64,000 nucleotides of DNA from Ascidiella aspersa (taxonomy: Eukaryota), in assembly GCA_963924565.1 (NCBI GenBank), contig OZ004615.1, positions 18,228,001 to 18,292,000 of the forward strand, given 5' to 3'. This document shows, piece after piece, positions 12,820 to 23,771 of the stretch. A model generated the notes under the pieces. That model was not told where the DNA came from and did no database searches. It worked only from the letters and a program-made list of their open reading frames with translations. The position numbers and the translations under genes are program-made. The first letter of the stretch is position 1, and every line of letters starts with the position of its first letter.

Positions 12820-15473
12820 TCACAACCTCTTGCGATCAGCTAATACACGGATGATGCACCCCATCCCACCCTTGGCTGTAACCTAAAAATTAAGATTTAT
12901 TGTTTTATATTAAAAGTGGTCTATATCAGGGGTGTCCAACTCAAACCTGCCGGTGTGCCAATTTTTATCTTATAATTTCTTCCGTGCCAAAGTTTCGTAA
13001 CCGAATTAATTCTTTTTAATCATAAGCGCTTTTATACCAAAAATAAGAACGTTTATTTAAAATTGAAAAAAAAACTGTCTAGTAGAAATGCGCATCACTA
13101 CATCAAAGTGTCTCTCGGTGAGCTCACTTTTGTTTCTTCACACCAAGCTATATAATATTATGTGAATGCTAGCCTCCACACAATAAAATGTTATTATATC
13201 AAAAGTAATTGTTGGTTTTCGCGATTTGCCGATTGTTTTATATTGTGAACAAACAATGGCAATTGGCTGTATAACAAACTTAGTATTTTCTGATAAATGG
13301 CTGAATGACAAATTGACCTTTTTTGGCAATTGGCTAAATAACAACTTTAGTATTTTTGGGGAGGGCTTGCGTGCCGCTTGTTGGACACCCCTGGTCTATA
13401 AGGAAACAAGTGAAAAAGTTTCTTTTTTGACTAGTATAATCTTGCAGCAAACAACTTTTGCACATAACTACAGTCAGACTCCTTTAATCCAGACCACATT
13501 GTTTTGGTACAAAATACTGGTTTACAGAGTCAACTGGGTTAAAACCAATTAATTTTGCCAGTGTAGCACTTGGTTCACTAAACTAATTTTAAATCAAAAA
13601 AATATTATTAGTAAAACCACAACATTATTATGCATATCAATTGGATAATTGTTATGTCCGACTACTACCGTAAATAAGAAAATGGTAATTAATAATAATC
13701 ACTTCAAATGTTATAAACCGGTTTGGGTAGATTTATTGGAAATATTTGATGACTTTTTGTTTTTAAGGGATATAACAAACATGTCAGATTAGGGTTATAA
13801 TGAAACAAGAATAAATCCGTTTCTTTCAGTTTATGTGGAATAACATGATTTTGTTTGTTTGAGGACCCATAAATAATGTCTTAAAGTATATATTTAAAAA
13901 AACTTTGAAGGATGGTTTAAAGAAATATATGGAAACCTAAAAACAACCAGCACAAACCTTTTCATGCCAAGTAAGCAGTGTCCCACATTGTCCTCCATCT
14001 AGGTTGAGTGAAAAGCCTTTGTAGATGTACTTCATTAGTATATCAAGCTCATCAATGTCCAGGCTATTCACAGCATTTGCAATCTCACTTGATTTCATTG
14101 AGGCCATTACACGAATTACTAACATTGTGGAATTTTCCTGCCCAAAATATATTGGTTAAACATAAATTGTCAAATTTCAATAATAATTAAAGACAACCAG
14201 CCAAAAAATATGAGGAGAAGGTTTGGCTAGGCTTTAAATAGGAAATATTTTATTTGAACAATTGCATAATCACATTTTTCTATAAAGAGTATTGTAATAG
14301 TCTGTGTTGCACCCTGAAAACCAGTATGATACTTATTATTATTTAATAAAGCATCCATTCAAAAAATTATAAAACCAATAAATGTTAGCCAACTTGTTTA
14401 CCTTTATACAGGCATCTTTTGTTCTTACTGGTGGGCTTTGAAGAGCTGCCTTCAGTGCTGGCATGTTTTTGCCACTAAACATTTAAATTTTAGTAGTTAA
14501 GGAAAATGCTACACCGAGGTGAATAAACAAAATACTTTTCTAACAGGGTGGTGCAAATATTTGAGCAACAGGAGCTGCATTGTAAAATTCATAAGTTAAA
14601 AGAGTCCCATAAAATGGATTTAATGAGTTTAATTTCTATCGCAATAGCCGGAAATTGTTGATGTTTGGTTCTTGGAAGCAGCAACACCTCAATGTTACAC
14701 AGGGTGAATTAATTTAATGCGGGGTTCTATAAAAAACACTACTGTTCTGTTATTATGAATTACATTATTAAACGAACGTCGTTTATATATATGGTACACC
14801 TCTCTATTGATATTAGTCTTCATAGAAGAGCCGCGAATAACATGCCGCAGAGCCGCATGCAGCTTGCAAGCCAAAAAAACTATTTTTATGTTGCTTTGCT
14901 ATTAGTATATATATAATACAATACAGGGACAAAACATCAAAGACCTAATACTGTGAAATATGGTTTACACCAGGATTATCTAAATGGGTGCTGAACATAG
15001 GACTTTGGGCAGCCATAAACAAATATATTTTGATTTTTTTTTTAATTTACAGTTGTGGTTTGTTTTTATTACAGCTTCACAAAACTCTCTCTTGTGTTAT
15101 ATATTTCATAACAATTTTTTCTGAAGTGTGACCAGGGGGGCACAAATTTTGAGAGACTACGCAAGAAAAGGACAAAAAGCATACATAGATGAGAATCACT
15201 GGTCTAAACAAACACCCAATTCCTAATGTTCACAATGATCGGTTTGTCTCATTCCTTTAACAGTCTTATATTTACCAAGTGAACAAATTTTGTTAAACTT
15301 GTCAAATAAAAGTTGAAAGAATACCCTAGAAGTAATTGGGAAACTTCTTGTTCATCAGGTCCAGTGTCTCCTTGGTCTGCTTGTTCCTCATTGAACTTTT
15401 CTTCGTCATACTGGTCAACGTCGATACGACGAAATCCCTTTGCTACACCGCCGGCTGTGACGTTCTTTGACAT
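12820..15473 (-). CDS. ARPC5: Arp2/3 complex subunit 5 (p16-Arc; ARPC5/ARPC5L pro-orthologue), 4 coding exons, 154 aa
   Basis: Exons 15473-15325, 14474-14402, 14137-13958 and 12882-12820 total 465 nt. Translation MSKNV...FRRIDVDQYDEEKF...GPDEQEV...ALKAALQSPPV...DILMKYIYKGF...LLTWHEK...GGMGCIIRVLADRKRL* matches p16-Arc signature blocks. Confidence 0.97.
12927..13393. mobile_element. hAT-like MITE in ARPC5 intron 3
   Basis: TIR CAGGGGTGTCCAAC/GTTGGACACCCCTG; TSD GTCTATAT/GTCTATAA; inverted homologue at 21627-22430. Confidence 0.9.
14475..15324 (-). other. U12-type (minor spliceosome) GT-AG intron 1 of ARPC5
   Basis: Donor GTATTCTTT (consensus RTATCCTTT, one mismatch). Perfect branch site TTTTCCTTAAC at 14506-14496, about 22 nt from the AG. 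No polypyrimidine tract; phase 2. Confidence 0.85.
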
Positions 15474-16109
15474 TTTGAGTTCTACAACAAAAACCAAATA
15501 CTTTAGAACTGCAGTAAACAATATGCAAAATATAAAGATTTGCCAAACTGCACAAAGGGATGAACATCCATAAATTCTTGCATGAAATAGTTATTTGTTT
15601 TTCACACTATTTTATGTTTCCTAACATCGTTATACATTTCATTTTAGTGTGCTTACTTTTGATATTTCTTTATTTATAAAAAATTATGTGGCAAAAAACT
15701 CATATATATATATATACATTTTAAATTGTATAAAGGAGTGCAACTCACCTATAAAAAGAGCTGAAGCCTAGACAATATTTACAAAGATATGTGTATATAT
15801 CTGCAATAATACCAAACAAACATTTGTATTTTACAAATACATGTAGTAATTTAATACAATATAATAATGTATGTAGCATAATATAACTATCTTTCGCTAC
15901 AGCGAACGATACAGTAAAAATGTACTTCATTTAGTTTTCAATTAATGTCATTGAGAAGAAAAACACTTTTGAAAATTGTTTAATATTAGTAGTAATGTCC
16001 AATCTAACTCTAGTGATGCTGTGACTTTAGCGCTCATAAAACTGGAAAGCAGCTACTAAAAATAAAGCACCACATATTGTAAACTTTAAAGTATAGGTTT
16101 GTCCATCGG

Positions 16110-16994
16110 TTATTTTCTTTTGGAGTCCTTGATCTCCTTCGGAACAACAGTGTATTTCTGGGCCACTCTGAGAGCTGGCGAGTATCCGTCAGCATAAGAA
16201 TTGTCTTCAAACAAAACAAGGTACTCGTCCACGGCAGATTTAGGCTGCTCGCTAATAATTGCTCTGTAAAAGCAGGTGGTTTGAGGATACAATGCCATGA
16301 CCAAAGTACCCAACTGAAATAAAGCCTCAGGGTCAGTTTCAGGGTTGGCTTTCCACTGCGGCAAAGGCACAACCCTTCGCTTGCTAAGAGTATGACAAGC
16401 CCTGCCTTCTTCATCTATGTCGTCGACTTCATACTTTGTCGATGAGCTATTGTAAGACACAACTTCTGCAAGTATCCATTGTTCCTCTTCTTCTGTCTTT
16501 ACCTTGGCAGCAACTTTATCTCCGGGCTTTGCGATGTAGTCGGGTGCAGCACCAATTGCTCCACACAGCGCTGGAACTTTTTCGTGTGGCTTTCCAATCC
16601 ACAAAGGCAATGTCTGAGCAGCTTTTTGTAACATGCTCATTAGCACTCCGCGGCGCATACTTTTCCTGGGCTGTTCTTCTTGTACAAACGCCTGTGATGC
16701 TCGGGCAGTTATTCTCTTTTCCTCTTGCAGTGCTTTGATCTCAGCAATCAGCTCAAGGCATTTTCGTAGCAAGTCACATTCTGTGTCAGCATCTCGCAAT
16801 GCTGAACTATATAATGCTCTTAGTTTTTGCTTAAAGTAAGGTGAAATCTTTTGGTCTGATTGTACCTTTTCGTGGGTCTTTCCAATGTTTTCTAAATTGG
16901 TAAACCCACTTCGTCTTTCTGACTCAGTTTCAATAATAGTGTTGTAGAGCTCGCCAAGAAGGAGCTTTATCCTTTGGTCACTTTCAGACGTCAT
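16110..16994 (-). CDS. SGF29: SAGA/ATAC subunit SGF29 (CCDC101), tandem Tudor H3K4me reader; single coding exon
   Basis: 294-aa ORF with an N-terminal coiled coil, RRGVLMSMLQ..AQTLPLWIGKP..PALCGAI, EQWILAEVV, YEVDDIDEE, ALYPQTTCFYRA and YLVLFED..YADGYSP. An upstream splice acceptor tttttgcag| lies at 17133. Confidence 0.97.
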   Translation of the reverse strand: MTSESDQRIKLLLGELYNTIIETESERRSGFTNLENIGKTHEKVQSDQKISPYFKQKLRALYSSALRDADTECDLLRKCLELIAEIKALQEEKRITARASQAFVQEEQPRKSMRRGVLMSMLQKAAQTLPLWIGKPHEKVPALCGAIGAAPDYIAKPGDKVAAKVKTEEEEQWILAEVVSYNSSSTKYEVDDIDEEGRACHTLSKRRVVPLPQWKANPETDPEALFQLGTLVMALYPQTTCFYRAIISEQPKSAVDEYLVLFEDNSYADGYSPALRVAQKYTVVPKEIKDSKRK

Positions 16995-17629
16995 GCTTGG
17001 TTGGTTAACTAAACCATTAAAATGATTTAAACAAGTTCATAACTTTTATTTACTGTTCTAGCAATCCAACTTGTCTGTTTACCTTTATATATTACTTTTT
17101 AAGCTATTTCCTCTGCCTACATAATCATGCACCTGCAAAACAATAACATTCACAATTAATTTAGATAAATAACCTGCTGTAGCATTTCAGTCTGCATTTT
17201 ATTATACTTAACGCCAAGTGAACAGCACTAAATTTTGAGACGACCAGGTGTGCAATTAAGGTTTGTTGCACTTGCACACCACAGTGTGAAAAGTATGGCG
17301 GATCACAACGAAATCTGGGTAGTGCCCGTCCGAAAAAAAATCGGGGTGTCAGGGTGTACCAAAGGTCTGAAGTGCGACCCCCTAGTATATAGGAAAATCA
17401 GGTTGATTTTTTATTTTTTGCAGGGCAGTTTAATGAAAATACATGCGGGTTCACTTGTCACACTTTTCAGTGGTCTATCACATCTCAACTTTGAATTTAG
17501 AAGTGAAAATTAGTATTTAAGTGAGCATACACATTAATTAAAAAAAAAATTGTGGTGTGCAGCTGCCACAGAATGCTGAAATGCTAGCAGTGTCTGACCA
17601 ACTGTTAAGTGAAAAGTTTGAGCATATTG

Positions 17630-17832
17630 GGTGCTGGTTTAGAATCCTACAACTTTTTTTTAAAAAGCAACGAAAACGAGAAAATCCAAAGAACAAATAA
17701 ATTATGGGATAATAAATATAACAATAATACTTAACCAAATACTTGAAAATCAAACGCTAATTCGCAATCTAAACCAAACAACGTTGGCAATATAAACCCA
17801 GATAAAAATGTGCTAGGATTCTAGACAAGCGC
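17630..17832. mobile_element. Second, decayed copy of the foldback MITE family
   Basis: GGTGCTGGTTTAGAATCCTA ... TAGGATTCTAGACAAGCGC termini. Confidence 0.6.
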
Positions 17833-18413
17833 AGTTTATTGTGTTACCATTTCATCATTTACCTAAGGAACACATACCTAATAATCGAAATCACTTTAAA
17901 ACAGATAAAACAAGTAGCAATAAGCTTCCGTGAAAAAAATTTAGTGAAGTGTTTTACCACTGTTGTAAGTTAATTTTGTAATTAAATGGCGAAAACAATA
18001 TGCAAAGTAAAAAAAAAATACGAGGAAACCCGACATGGGTTAGTAACTTTTTGAGTTTACTCAACCGTTAAATCATAGAATACTATGTTTAAATAGGTTT
18101 AGCGTTTAAATTTAAAGGTTTTGCTTTATTCAACGACATATAAATACTGTTTATATGTCTTTGTTTTGTTGAACTTCTATAAAGTAAAATTTGTTTACTA
18201 TTGATATGTATTCTTTGACCACCGTGTTGTACAAACTATTAAGACAATGGTAAGCGTTTACAAAAAATCCTAACATTACTTCAGCGTTGCGGGTTGAAGG
18301 CTTCTGCAGATTGTAAAAAATACCAAGAAACAAACATATTATTACCCACATCAGCCCATTTAAGTTATAATTTTGACATAGGACACGTTTTACAGATTTT
18401 AGTCAGTAGTTGT

Positions 18414-18592
18414 TGACAGGGTGTCACCGAATCAGTTACAGGATTTCACTAGATCGATGACAGGGTGTCACCAAATCGGTTACAGGGTATCACTAAATCT
18501 GTGACAGGGTGTCACCAAATCAGTGACAGGTGTCACCGAATCAATGACAAGGTGCCACGAAAAATCGGTGACAGGGTGTCAGCAATTTGGTG
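18414..18592. repeat. Minisatellite, ~22-bp unit, about 8 copies
   Basis: Consensus ACAGGGTGTCACCAAATCGGTG, contiguous copies with no unique spacers. Confidence 0.9.
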
Positions 18593-21186
18593 ATACTGAC
18601 AAGGCGTCAATAAAAAGTAACAATTCCTCTATTGGGTTACTACGGGTAAGTAATGGACTGGCCCTTAAGACGAGGGCTGACGACTGCCAAAGTAGCTTTA
18701 TCTAAATCAAAGTAGCAGGCCGCTAAAAAATACCTGTCCTTAACTTCTTTAACTCTAGACACACTTCACTCAGTCGATATTGCATGTTTTTGAGTATAGT
18801 CACAAATCGCAGTAGGCCTACACACGATGGACATAAAAATGCCAAAAAATAATGTGTAGCAAACGCATTAAGTAAACTGACGTTTTAGAAAGTGCCAAAT
18901 AAATGCAAAGGCATTTGAACTAAAAATATTATTTCAAACGGTGCTGAAACATACTAACATGCAAGAAAAATACCGCACATCACCAGGTTTTTTTTAAGGT
19001 TTGGTTTGGGTGACCGATAAGTAGTTTTAAGAGACCGCAAGTGTTTCATTTTATTCGACAAGGCACAGCTTAAATGATTGTGACAGCGAATTAAATGATT
19101 GTGAATGCCCAACACGGCCGCCAAACAAGTTTGCTGCATAATCAAACAAAGTGTGCTTGTTGGCTTCTGCTTGTTGTGTTTCCACACGTTAAAACTGATC
19201 ATTATGCGCTATAAATCAGAAATAAACATTGACGAGTATCGAAGGTGCACTTCTTTGGTGAATAACTCTTTGATTCAGCTGTTAACTGTACCTCCACTTA
19301 TTCTTTTTTCCGAACGTGAACTATTAATTGTAGGCTATATATTCGTATTATCGACAAGACATAGCGAGTAACAAACATTACTTTTGTACTGTAGTTGCAA
19401 GTCCAAATTTTGGCAAAACGCTGGAGAAATTAGGGGGACCGTTTCGGTCCCCCAAAACACCTTAAAAAAAGCACTGCACATCACACAAAGAAAAAAAACG
19501 CAACGTTTTTGCAAGATGATTAAAATAGTCGAATTTGGACGAGATGATTAAAATAGTTTAGATTATAAATAAAATAGTAAAAATATAATATATTTAGATT
19601 ATTAATAAAATAGTAAAAAAAATATAAATTTGGGGGTAATGTGGATACAACATATTTTACCGATACGCCGTTCCGGCAATAGCCTAATCCTTTTGCGGAA
19701 CGCTGTTTTAGACCATTTCGGCTTGTTTTATAACTACTTTAATGATAATACGCTAATTTGTAAAAATCACACCTTTGAAAGTAGAATACACTCAACTCAA
19801 ACGGTGGCGGAAATTGTAAAATTATTTCAATAATATAAAAACACTTATTTTCTGCTTTAATCTGACAACGCATTTGTAAATCTATCGTAGCCTGTAATTC
19901 GAAAAATTGTTCACTAGGAAGTCAATAACGCACATAAGTAAAAATCAGCGCGCCCCGCTTTTCCCTATATGTTTGGTTTTAACATGAACCTAAATGTATT
20001 TTTGCGCGTCGAACGAATATATTCGGTCTTGAAAATATGAACAAAAATTAACATAACGGCCGTTTTAAATTCCATAAAACAACCCAATTTACCTTATTTT
20101 AACCAAAGTTTAGTAGAAAATACTATTATGAATTCGTGTTTCGCTCAATTTATACCTAGTCTGCAATATGACCATTGTATCGTATAGTGACACATCTTCG
20201 ACTAAAAATCTCAATAATCTTGAACGCATAAAAAGTATTTTGGTGCTTTGACCTAACTCTCTAACAGTGTTTTTGTGCAACCTTGCCGACGTTGGTTTAA
20301 CGCTCCTAAACAACTTGATAAATGCCATATCGAGTAATTTGCATATCTTTTATCTGTGCTTAATGCGTCACATTCCATCCTAAAATCTAAATTAAAGAAT
20401 TTCTAACCAAATAAATGTTTGACGCTTCGCGCGACGCCAATTAGCATTTTCTTAAATTACACTTTAGTTGGACATACGCCCACAACTCCCATATACCTAA
20501 TAAAATGTTTCTTAAGCCTATACTTTTTAAAGTGTCACGGTATTACGTCATACTGTGTATGGTTGAGATCCTATTTTGGACCCTGCCCGCTATAATATTT
20601 TATATTCATGAGGTCCGCTGTACCCCTGCTTCAGAGGGGGCAGGGTAATATTTGGATGAGGACTGCAAGCGGAACCGGACTCAGGACTTAAAGTTCAACG
20701 GATTCGGTTATTTGGCTGGTAGTTGTGCAGTCGTATGTTCTACCCCTTAAAAAAATAAATCCTTAACTTTTTGCTTCCCTCTGCTTTCGTGTCGACCTTT
20801 GTTAATACTGGTCAAATATTTCTAAATTGCCAAAAAATAAGATAGCAGAAGCACTGAAACCATATCGCAAAGAAAAAACACGCTGATGTTAATTTGCATA
20901 TTTTTACACATGAACGAACAATAATACATTTAGGAGATGGCTCGTAAAAATATAATTTAGTAGGCCTATAGGTCTTCCGCTTGCACCAGTGTTTTTGAAG
21001 TTCTGAACCTTTCATACTCGGTGGACCGTTCATAATTTCGCAATATTGTGTTAAAAAAATGCGCCATGCAACGTCACAAGTAAGGTCATTAAAGACATAA
21101 TAAAAACTACAAAGGTAATTTAATGGGACAATGATAAAAAAAATGTTTTCTTATGGCCCCCGAAGACTGTTGCGTGCCCTCCCCCC

Positions 21187-21528
21187 AAGGGACGCCGGAG
21201 AGGGGGGCGCGGGGTCAAGCGCCCCTCCTGCCCTTTGCTAAGGGGGACAAGGGGGGACAAAAGTGCCCTTTTCATGAAAAATGATATATTGCTTTCTACG
21301 AAAAGCTACGGAAAAACGCCAAAAAATTCGTAAAATGACATGGTTGACATTTGTTAAAACATTTTTGGTACCATTTTAAGCCAATCTAGAGGGCGTGGCC
21401 GCAAATTTTTTTCCGGGGGAGCACCCCCTGACACCCCAATATTTCGGCTCGCTACGCACGCCTGCGGTCTATTTTGCCCTTACCAAAAAAGTCGCCCCCC
21501 TTGCCCTGAAATCGCTCCGGCGTCCCTG
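21187..21528. mobile_element. GC-rich MITE inserted into the end of an older MITE
   Basis: TIR AGGGACGCCGGAG/CTCCGGCGTCCCT; perfect TSD CTCCCCCC. Confidence 0.85.
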
Positions 21529-21626
21529 CTCCCCCCATGGTGGCCCCCAGGATGGAGGAGGGCCAACGTTGAGAACCATAGCTTAGAGTTAGACACTGTC
21601 AACAATTTTAATTATTATGAACAACG

Positions 21627-22430
21627 AGGGGTATCCAACACCAGGCACGCGTGCCAAATGTGGCACGCAAGCCCAAGCCAAAATACCGCACTTATTTGTT
21701 ATTCAGCCAATTGTCAAAAAATATTAATTTGGTATACAGCCAATTGCCCTTGTTTATTCACAATATAAAACAATCGCTACAATTAAGACAACTAACATTT
21801 ACTTCTGATATTGTAACATTATACTGTGGTGGAGGCTAGCTTTCACATAGTTAGCCTATAGCAGGGGTGGGCAAACTGCGGCTCGCGAGCCGCATGCGGC
21901 TCTCCGGCATGTTTTTCGTGGTTCTTCTAGTTGAATCATAAAATTCCAACACATTGGTTACCAAGAGTAGGCTACCGTTTATAAACTTTTCTCTCTTTTT
22001 CTTTTCTTAATTTAGTCCAGAATTTCGTTTATGACCTAACACTAAACATACGGTATAGTCCGAAGAGTTAGTTAACAAAAGAATGATTTTAATAAATTTT
22101 GTGCGTTTTATTTTGCTATCACCGTTATATTTATTCTTGATTATTACCGTTTTGTTGTTATATTACAATTCTGTTATTATATGCTGCTAACCTTGCTGCT
22201 AAGGCTCTCTGGTACTTGTATTTTCTGCAAATGGCTCTTACGTTGAATACATTTGCCCACCCCTGGCCTATGGCTTTTGGTCGAATATGAATGGTTTGCT
22301 TGATTAAAAAGCGCTTTTAATATTAGAAATTAGAAACTAGTTTGGCACGGGAAGAAGCTATAGAAAAAAGTTTGGCACGGAAAGAAGGTATGAGATAAAA
22401 ATTGCCACGCCGGCAAATTTGAGTTGGCTT
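21627..22430. mobile_element. MITE (family of 12927-13393) carrying nested MITE 21862-22265
   Basis: Inner TIR CAGGGGTGGGCAAA/TTTGCCCACCCCTG, TSD GCCTATAG/GCCTATGG. The flanks align in reverse to 12927-13393. Confidence 0.85.
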
Positions 22431-22519
22431 ATCATCTACTGAAGTAGTAAATTGAGTTGGTAACAAACTACCGCCAAAACATATGTCAACTCTCCTTAAA
22501 AATAGGATAGTCCCAAGGG

Positions 22520-23000
22520 AAATCCCCCATAAAAATGCCGTTGTTATGTTTTCGCTGCTAAAATCAAAATATACATCGACATTTTAGTCAATACATGTTC
22601 AGCTGCAATAAATCGAATAGTATTTAATTTAGCTGTTTTGTCGTCAATGTGCTTTCGCTTATCGGTGTCTCCAAGTCGACAAAAAACAAAAGAAACCTTT
22701 CCAGGCGATTGCGCGCGCTCCTTTAAAAGAGAAAGAGCAGCAACTCAAATAATTTTTGTGGAAACAACTGCCTGACGACAGATGCTTAAATGTCTGGAAG
22801 CCAGGCTAGCGCGAGGTTTGAAGGCGCTTTTTGTTTTCTTTCTCGGCCTACGTGCTTTGGTTACAACCGGTTGACCACTCTTTAAGTTGGTGTTTATGAT
22901 GAAAGTGTTCATGCGGTCAAATTAATTAGATTCATAGCAATTCATTAGTGGAAGATGGTAGTTCTTCAGTACAAGTTTATATCGTGTATCCAAACGTCAC
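22520..23000 (+). promoter_or_regulatory. Probable distal promoter/leader region of the RasGAP gene
   Basis: Local CpG-rich, non-repetitive patch (e.g. GATTGCGCGCGCTCC) about 0.8-1.2 kb upstream of the first coding exon, followed by CpG-poor sequence. Confidence 0.35.
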
Positions 23001-23731
23001 GTTATTTGAAATTTAAAGTATTTTTGAGTGCTTTTGGTTTCCACATGCAGCAATTTCTTCAGTGCTATGTTCATTGTTCACTATGCATTTTTGTCATTTA
23101 AATTTCAATAATTGGAAAATTCATAAACTAACAATTTAGATTAACAAAGAAATCCACTACCTCTGTGGCGGATTTAACTTTTAGATAATGTTTGTGCTAT
23201 TGTACAAAAAAGTTAAGTACCACGTTTTTTGCCTACAAATCGACATATTTTTCCTTTGGTGTTTTAAATCAATTTATCATTTTTCTTTGCATTTGCATTA
23301 CCAAGAAGATAGTAGCCTGCCATTATTTTTAGTAAAGTGAACATCAATTTTCTTGTTTGTATATATTTATGTTAATAGATTACAAGTGTGCAAACAAATT
23401 ATCTTACTATAGGTCTGCATTTATGTTTTTTTTTAATTTAAAATAGTTTTTTTGTAACATCTGTCATTTTTTTGCAGTGTAGCCCATATTTTTGCACTAA
23501 AAGTTAGCAAAAATTATCTTGCATTTTATTTAATGAATAGCAATTGCATATTAAATAATCCTTTTTTTTTAGAAAAATCTGTTAGATTGGTAGACTGTAG
23601 TAAAGCTGTTTGTTTTCATATTGATTATATTGTACCTATACTTAAAATCCTAAACTTGGCAACTAACAAAATATTTCTGCATATGACAGACAACAATATA
23701 TTCCTGATAAGATTGCTTCTTAATTGAACAG

Positions 23732-23771
23732 TTGTCAAGCATGGACAATGAAGGGGTGCTTGAGGTGTATG
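23732..23771 (+). CDS. RasGAP first coding exon (MDNEGVLEVY)
   Basis: ttgaacag|TTGTCAAGC ATG...TAT G|gtaagc; phase-1 donor in frame with 24886. Confidence 0.8.

Noticed and set aside
16034-16839. ORFs overlapping SGF29 in other frames or on the other strand
   Set aside because: Shadow ORFs of a real CDS with no independent evidence.
18414-18592. CRISPR-like array
   Set aside because: Units are contiguous and degenerate with no unique spacers; the context is eukaryotic and has no cas genes.
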